Virus record (IMG/VR): IMGVR_UViG_3300034025_000045
Coordinates: 1-27,992 of that record
Source: a virus
Lineage: Duplodnaviria > Caudoviricetes
Direction: 5' to 3' (one strand)
DNA length: 27,992 bases
Part shown: positions 25,622 to 27,992 of the stretch, in pieces
Layout of the letters: each line of letters opens with the position of its first letter
How positions within the stretch are numbered: the stretch's first letter is position 1
The notes under the pieces: model-generated
Told to the model about the DNA's origin: nothing
What the model saw: the letters and a program-made list of their open reading frames with translations, nothing else
Database searches by the model: none
Position numbers and translations under genes: made by a program

Positions 25622-25992
25622 GCGACCACAGCCCGGTAAAAATCACAGGATGCAGGGTCGACGAAAACACCTTTCAGGATGGTGAAAGCGTGTGGGTTGT
25701 CACCAACCTGATTGCCAAGGCAAAGGATCTAATTCCGTTCGACCTGCCTCTGAGCGCGATCTATTCCGGCTCGCAAGTGTGGGCGCCGGTCGGTTCGGCG
25801 TATGGCATTGCTCATCATGTACGCCGGGCGCTCGATGTTGATACGAGCCATCCGATCATTCTTTGCCAAGAGGGATTCATCATGGACGGCTGGCACCGCG
25901 TGCTGCGTGCGCTTATCGACAACGTGCCGACGATCAAGGCTGTGCGCTTCGAGCAGACCCCGGCGCCCGATTACAACAAGCCGAAAGAATAG
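25618..25992 (+). CDS. Stand-alone ParB/Sulfiredoxin-like domain protein
   Basis: PIIL...GFIMDGWHRV.RAL motif. ATGA overlap with the portal stop. Confidence 0.7.
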   Translation: MSDHSPVKITGCRVDENTFQDGESVWVVTNLIAKAKDLIPFDLPLSAIYSGSQVWAPVGSAYGIAHHVRRALDVDTSHPIILCQEGFIMDGWHRVLRALIDNVPTIKAVRFEQTPAPDYNKPKE

Positions 25993-26112
25993 CTGCCAGT
26001 GCTTCGCCCAAAATAATTCCGCTGATTATTGTTTCCACCGCGATAGTTTCCTCCTATCATTTTGCCTGTTGGCACCCGCCGGGCCTATCGGTGAGAACAC
26101 AGAGGAATCTGA

Positions 26113-27063
26113 ATGTACAAAAGCTGGATGTGGAAACAGCGCTCCTACCGGGAGCAGTTCCAGGACGATCAAGGTAACGGTGGCGCCGGCGGTGCTGCTG
26201 CTGCAGTGTCCGACCAGGCTCCGGTCGATCAGCAGCAGGCATCGGGCGAGACGCTCGACGACCAGCAGCCGGAAGACCAGGGCAACCCGCCCATCGTCGA
26301 CGACGGCGAAGTCGTCGTCACCATCGGCGATGAAGCCCCGCCAGCAGCAACCGACGACGAGATCGAAGGCAAGCCGGCGCCCGCATGGGTGAAGGACCTG
26401 CGCAGGACCGCGCGCGAACTCGCCAAGGAGAATCGTGAGCTGAAGCAGGCCCAGCAAGCTGCCCAGCAGCAAGCCGCACCTGCAGCACCGACCGTCGGCG
26501 AGAAGCCGACCCTCGAAAGCTGCGACTTCGATGGTGAGGTCTACGGCGAAAAGCTGCTGGCCTGGACCGAAGCGAAGCGCAAGGCAGACGAGCATGCCGC
26601 CGCCGCGCGCACCGAGCAGGAAGCCGCACGGGCAGCGTGGCAGGAACGCCTGACCGGCTACAACACGGCGAAGGCCGCCCTGAAGGTGCCGGACTTCGAC
26701 GACGCCGAACAGGTCGTGCGCGAGACGATGAGCCAAACGCAAATCGGCGTGATGCTCAACGGCGCCGACAAGCCCGAGTTGCTGGTGTACGCCCTGGGCC
26801 GCAACCCGGCCAAGGCCAAGGAGCTGGCCGCGATCAAGGACCCCGTCCGATTCGCGTTCGCCGTCGCCAAACTGGAGACTCAATTGAAAGTCGCACCTCG
26901 CAACACCCCGCCGGCGCCTGAGCGGCAAGTCCGCGGCACGGCCGGCGGCGCAAGCGCAGTCGATAACGTCGAAGCGCGCCTCGAAGCGGAAGCCGACAAG
27001 ACTGGCGACCGCTCGAAGCTGATCGCTTACCGTCGCGACAAGAAGAGCAAGACCGCAGCGTAA
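26113..27063 (+). CDS. Scaffolding protein
   Basis: GAGG RBS, acidic N-terminus, coiled coil, LVYALG.NP..A..LA motif, located between portal and coat. Confidence 0.8.
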   Translation: MYKSWMWKQRSYREQFQDDQGNGGAGGAAAAVSDQAPVDQQQASGETLDDQQPEDQGNPPIVDDGEVVVTIGDEAPPAATDDEIEGKPAPAWVKDLRRTARELAKENRELKQAQQAAQQQAAPAAPTVGEKPTLESCDFDGEVYGEKLLAWTEAKRKADEHAAAARTEQEAARAAWQERLTGYNTAKAALKVPDFDDAEQVVRETMSQTQIGVMLNGADKPELLVYALGRNPAKAKELAAIKDPVRFAFAVAKLETQLKVAPRNTPPAPERQVRGTAGGASAVDNVEARLEAEADKTGDRSKLIAYRRDKKSKTAA

Positions 27064-27227
27064 AAGCTGCCGTGAGGCGTCCACGTAAGACGGCGCCACC
27101 AGGATTCGCCCACCAAAGGGCAGCGTAGTACCGCAATGAGAGGCCCCCGTCCGGCCGGAAACGGATGAGTGAACAGCACGCGGCATCGCCGCAATTCAAC
27201 TCAACCTTTTCTATCTGGAGTATCACC

Positions 27228-27992
27228 ATGCCGAACGGCCTGCTGCGCGAAGAACGCGTAATGTTTGACAATATGCTGGAAGGCTTCGACGACGGTCTCG
27301 TCATCGCCAAAGCAGCTGAAAAGTACACCCCGCTGGATGCGCAAGGCATGCAGCGCGTGGGCGACAAAGTCTGGATCCCGGCGCCGAATATCGCTGCGTC
27401 CTATGACGGCTTCGACCAGACCGCCAACTTCGGCGACTTCACCGACCTCGCCGTGCCTGTGTCGATCGGCTTCCACAAGTCGAGCAACGGCAAGATGACC
27501 GCCAAAGAGCTGCGCGACCCGCTGGCTCTGAAGCGCTACGGCGACGCCGCAAAGCAGAAGCTGTCGTCGGACATCAACTACGCGCTGTTCCTGACCGCTG
27601 CCCTGCAGGGTTCGAACTTCGTGAAACGCACTGGCGCCGCCACCGGTTTCGACGACGTTGCCCAGGCTGACGCCGGCATGACCGAGATCGGTGTGCCGAC
27701 CGCGAACCGCAAGCTGTTCCTGTCGCCGCGCAACTACAACTCGATGGCCGGCAACCTGGCCAAGCCGCAGACTTCGGGTCTGCGCGAGACCATGACCGCC
27801 TACGAGCGCGCACTGATCTCGAACGACGTGGCCGGCTTTGAGACCTTCAAGAACGACCAGTCGATTCGCCTGGCTGCTGCATCGGGTGGCGTCACTACCG
27901 TCAACGGCGCCGGTCAGTTCTACGTGCCGCAAGCACAAAGCACTGCCGCCACCGGCCAGACTGAGAACGTCGACAACCGCTATTCCACCCTG
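27228..27992 (+). CDS. Major capsid protein (P22 gp5-like), 3'-truncated by the window
   Basis: GGAG RBS. Hand translation MPNGLLREERVMFDNMLEGF...ELRD...AAKQKLSSDIN...MAGNLA. Open to the window end and absent from the ORF track. Confidence 0.9.
   Translation, partial: MPNGLLREERVMFDNMLEGFDDGLVIAKAAEKYTPLDAQGMQRVGDKVWIPAPNIAASYDGFDQTANFGDFTDLAVPVSIGFHKSSNGKMTAKELRDPLALKRYGDAAKQKLSSDINYALFLTAALQGSNFVKRTGAATGFDDVAQADAGMTEIGVPTANRKLFLSPRNYNSMAGNLAKPQTSGLRETMTAYERALISNDVAGFETFKNDQSIRLAAASGGVTTVNGAGQFYVPQAQSTAATGQTENVDNRYSTL

Noticed and set aside
27066-27135. HDV-like ribozyme suggested by GCG-TCCACGT, which resembles P3/L3
   Set aside because: The bases after the loop (AAG) cannot pair with GCG to form P3, and no convincing P2 or J4/2 is present.
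1-27992. CRISPR array, DGR/retron reverse transcriptase, tRNA, IS element or DNA methyltransferase
   Set aside because: I saw no regularly spaced repeats, RT (YxDD) gene, cloverleaf, transposase or methylase motifs by eye. A tool-based scan was not possible.

Overview
The whole window is a temperate lambdoid phage with a P22-like (podovirus-type) head module. It is GC-rich; a betaproteobacterial host is my inference only. Gene order: end of a tail protein and a beta-helix tailspike; lysis cassette (holin, GH73 endolysin, Rz with an embedded Rz1 missing from the ORF track); AT-rich attP-like site; lambda-type integrase and excisionase; leftward early operon (mosaic Ea/Lar/DUF551 proteins, Gp157, Sak4-like AAA recombinase); PL/OL; three accessory genes coupled to cI; cI-OR-cro switch with five 14-bp operators; replication initiator and DnaC-like loader; NinG; winged-helix genes; TerS/TerL; two moron genes; portal; stand-alone ParB/Srx-like gene; scaffold; coat protein (truncated at the window end). 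Lysis genes join int through phage DNA with no host sequence, so this looks like the excised or virion form. No N or Q antiterminator is recognisable. Best leads: the cI-coupled membrane module in the rexAB position, two structured intergenic RNA candidates (early-left operon and upstream of the coat gene), SSB-tail-like C-termini on non-SSB proteins, and a candidate late-promoter motif with nearby wHTH proteins. All product calls come from motif recognition and synteny, not database searches.
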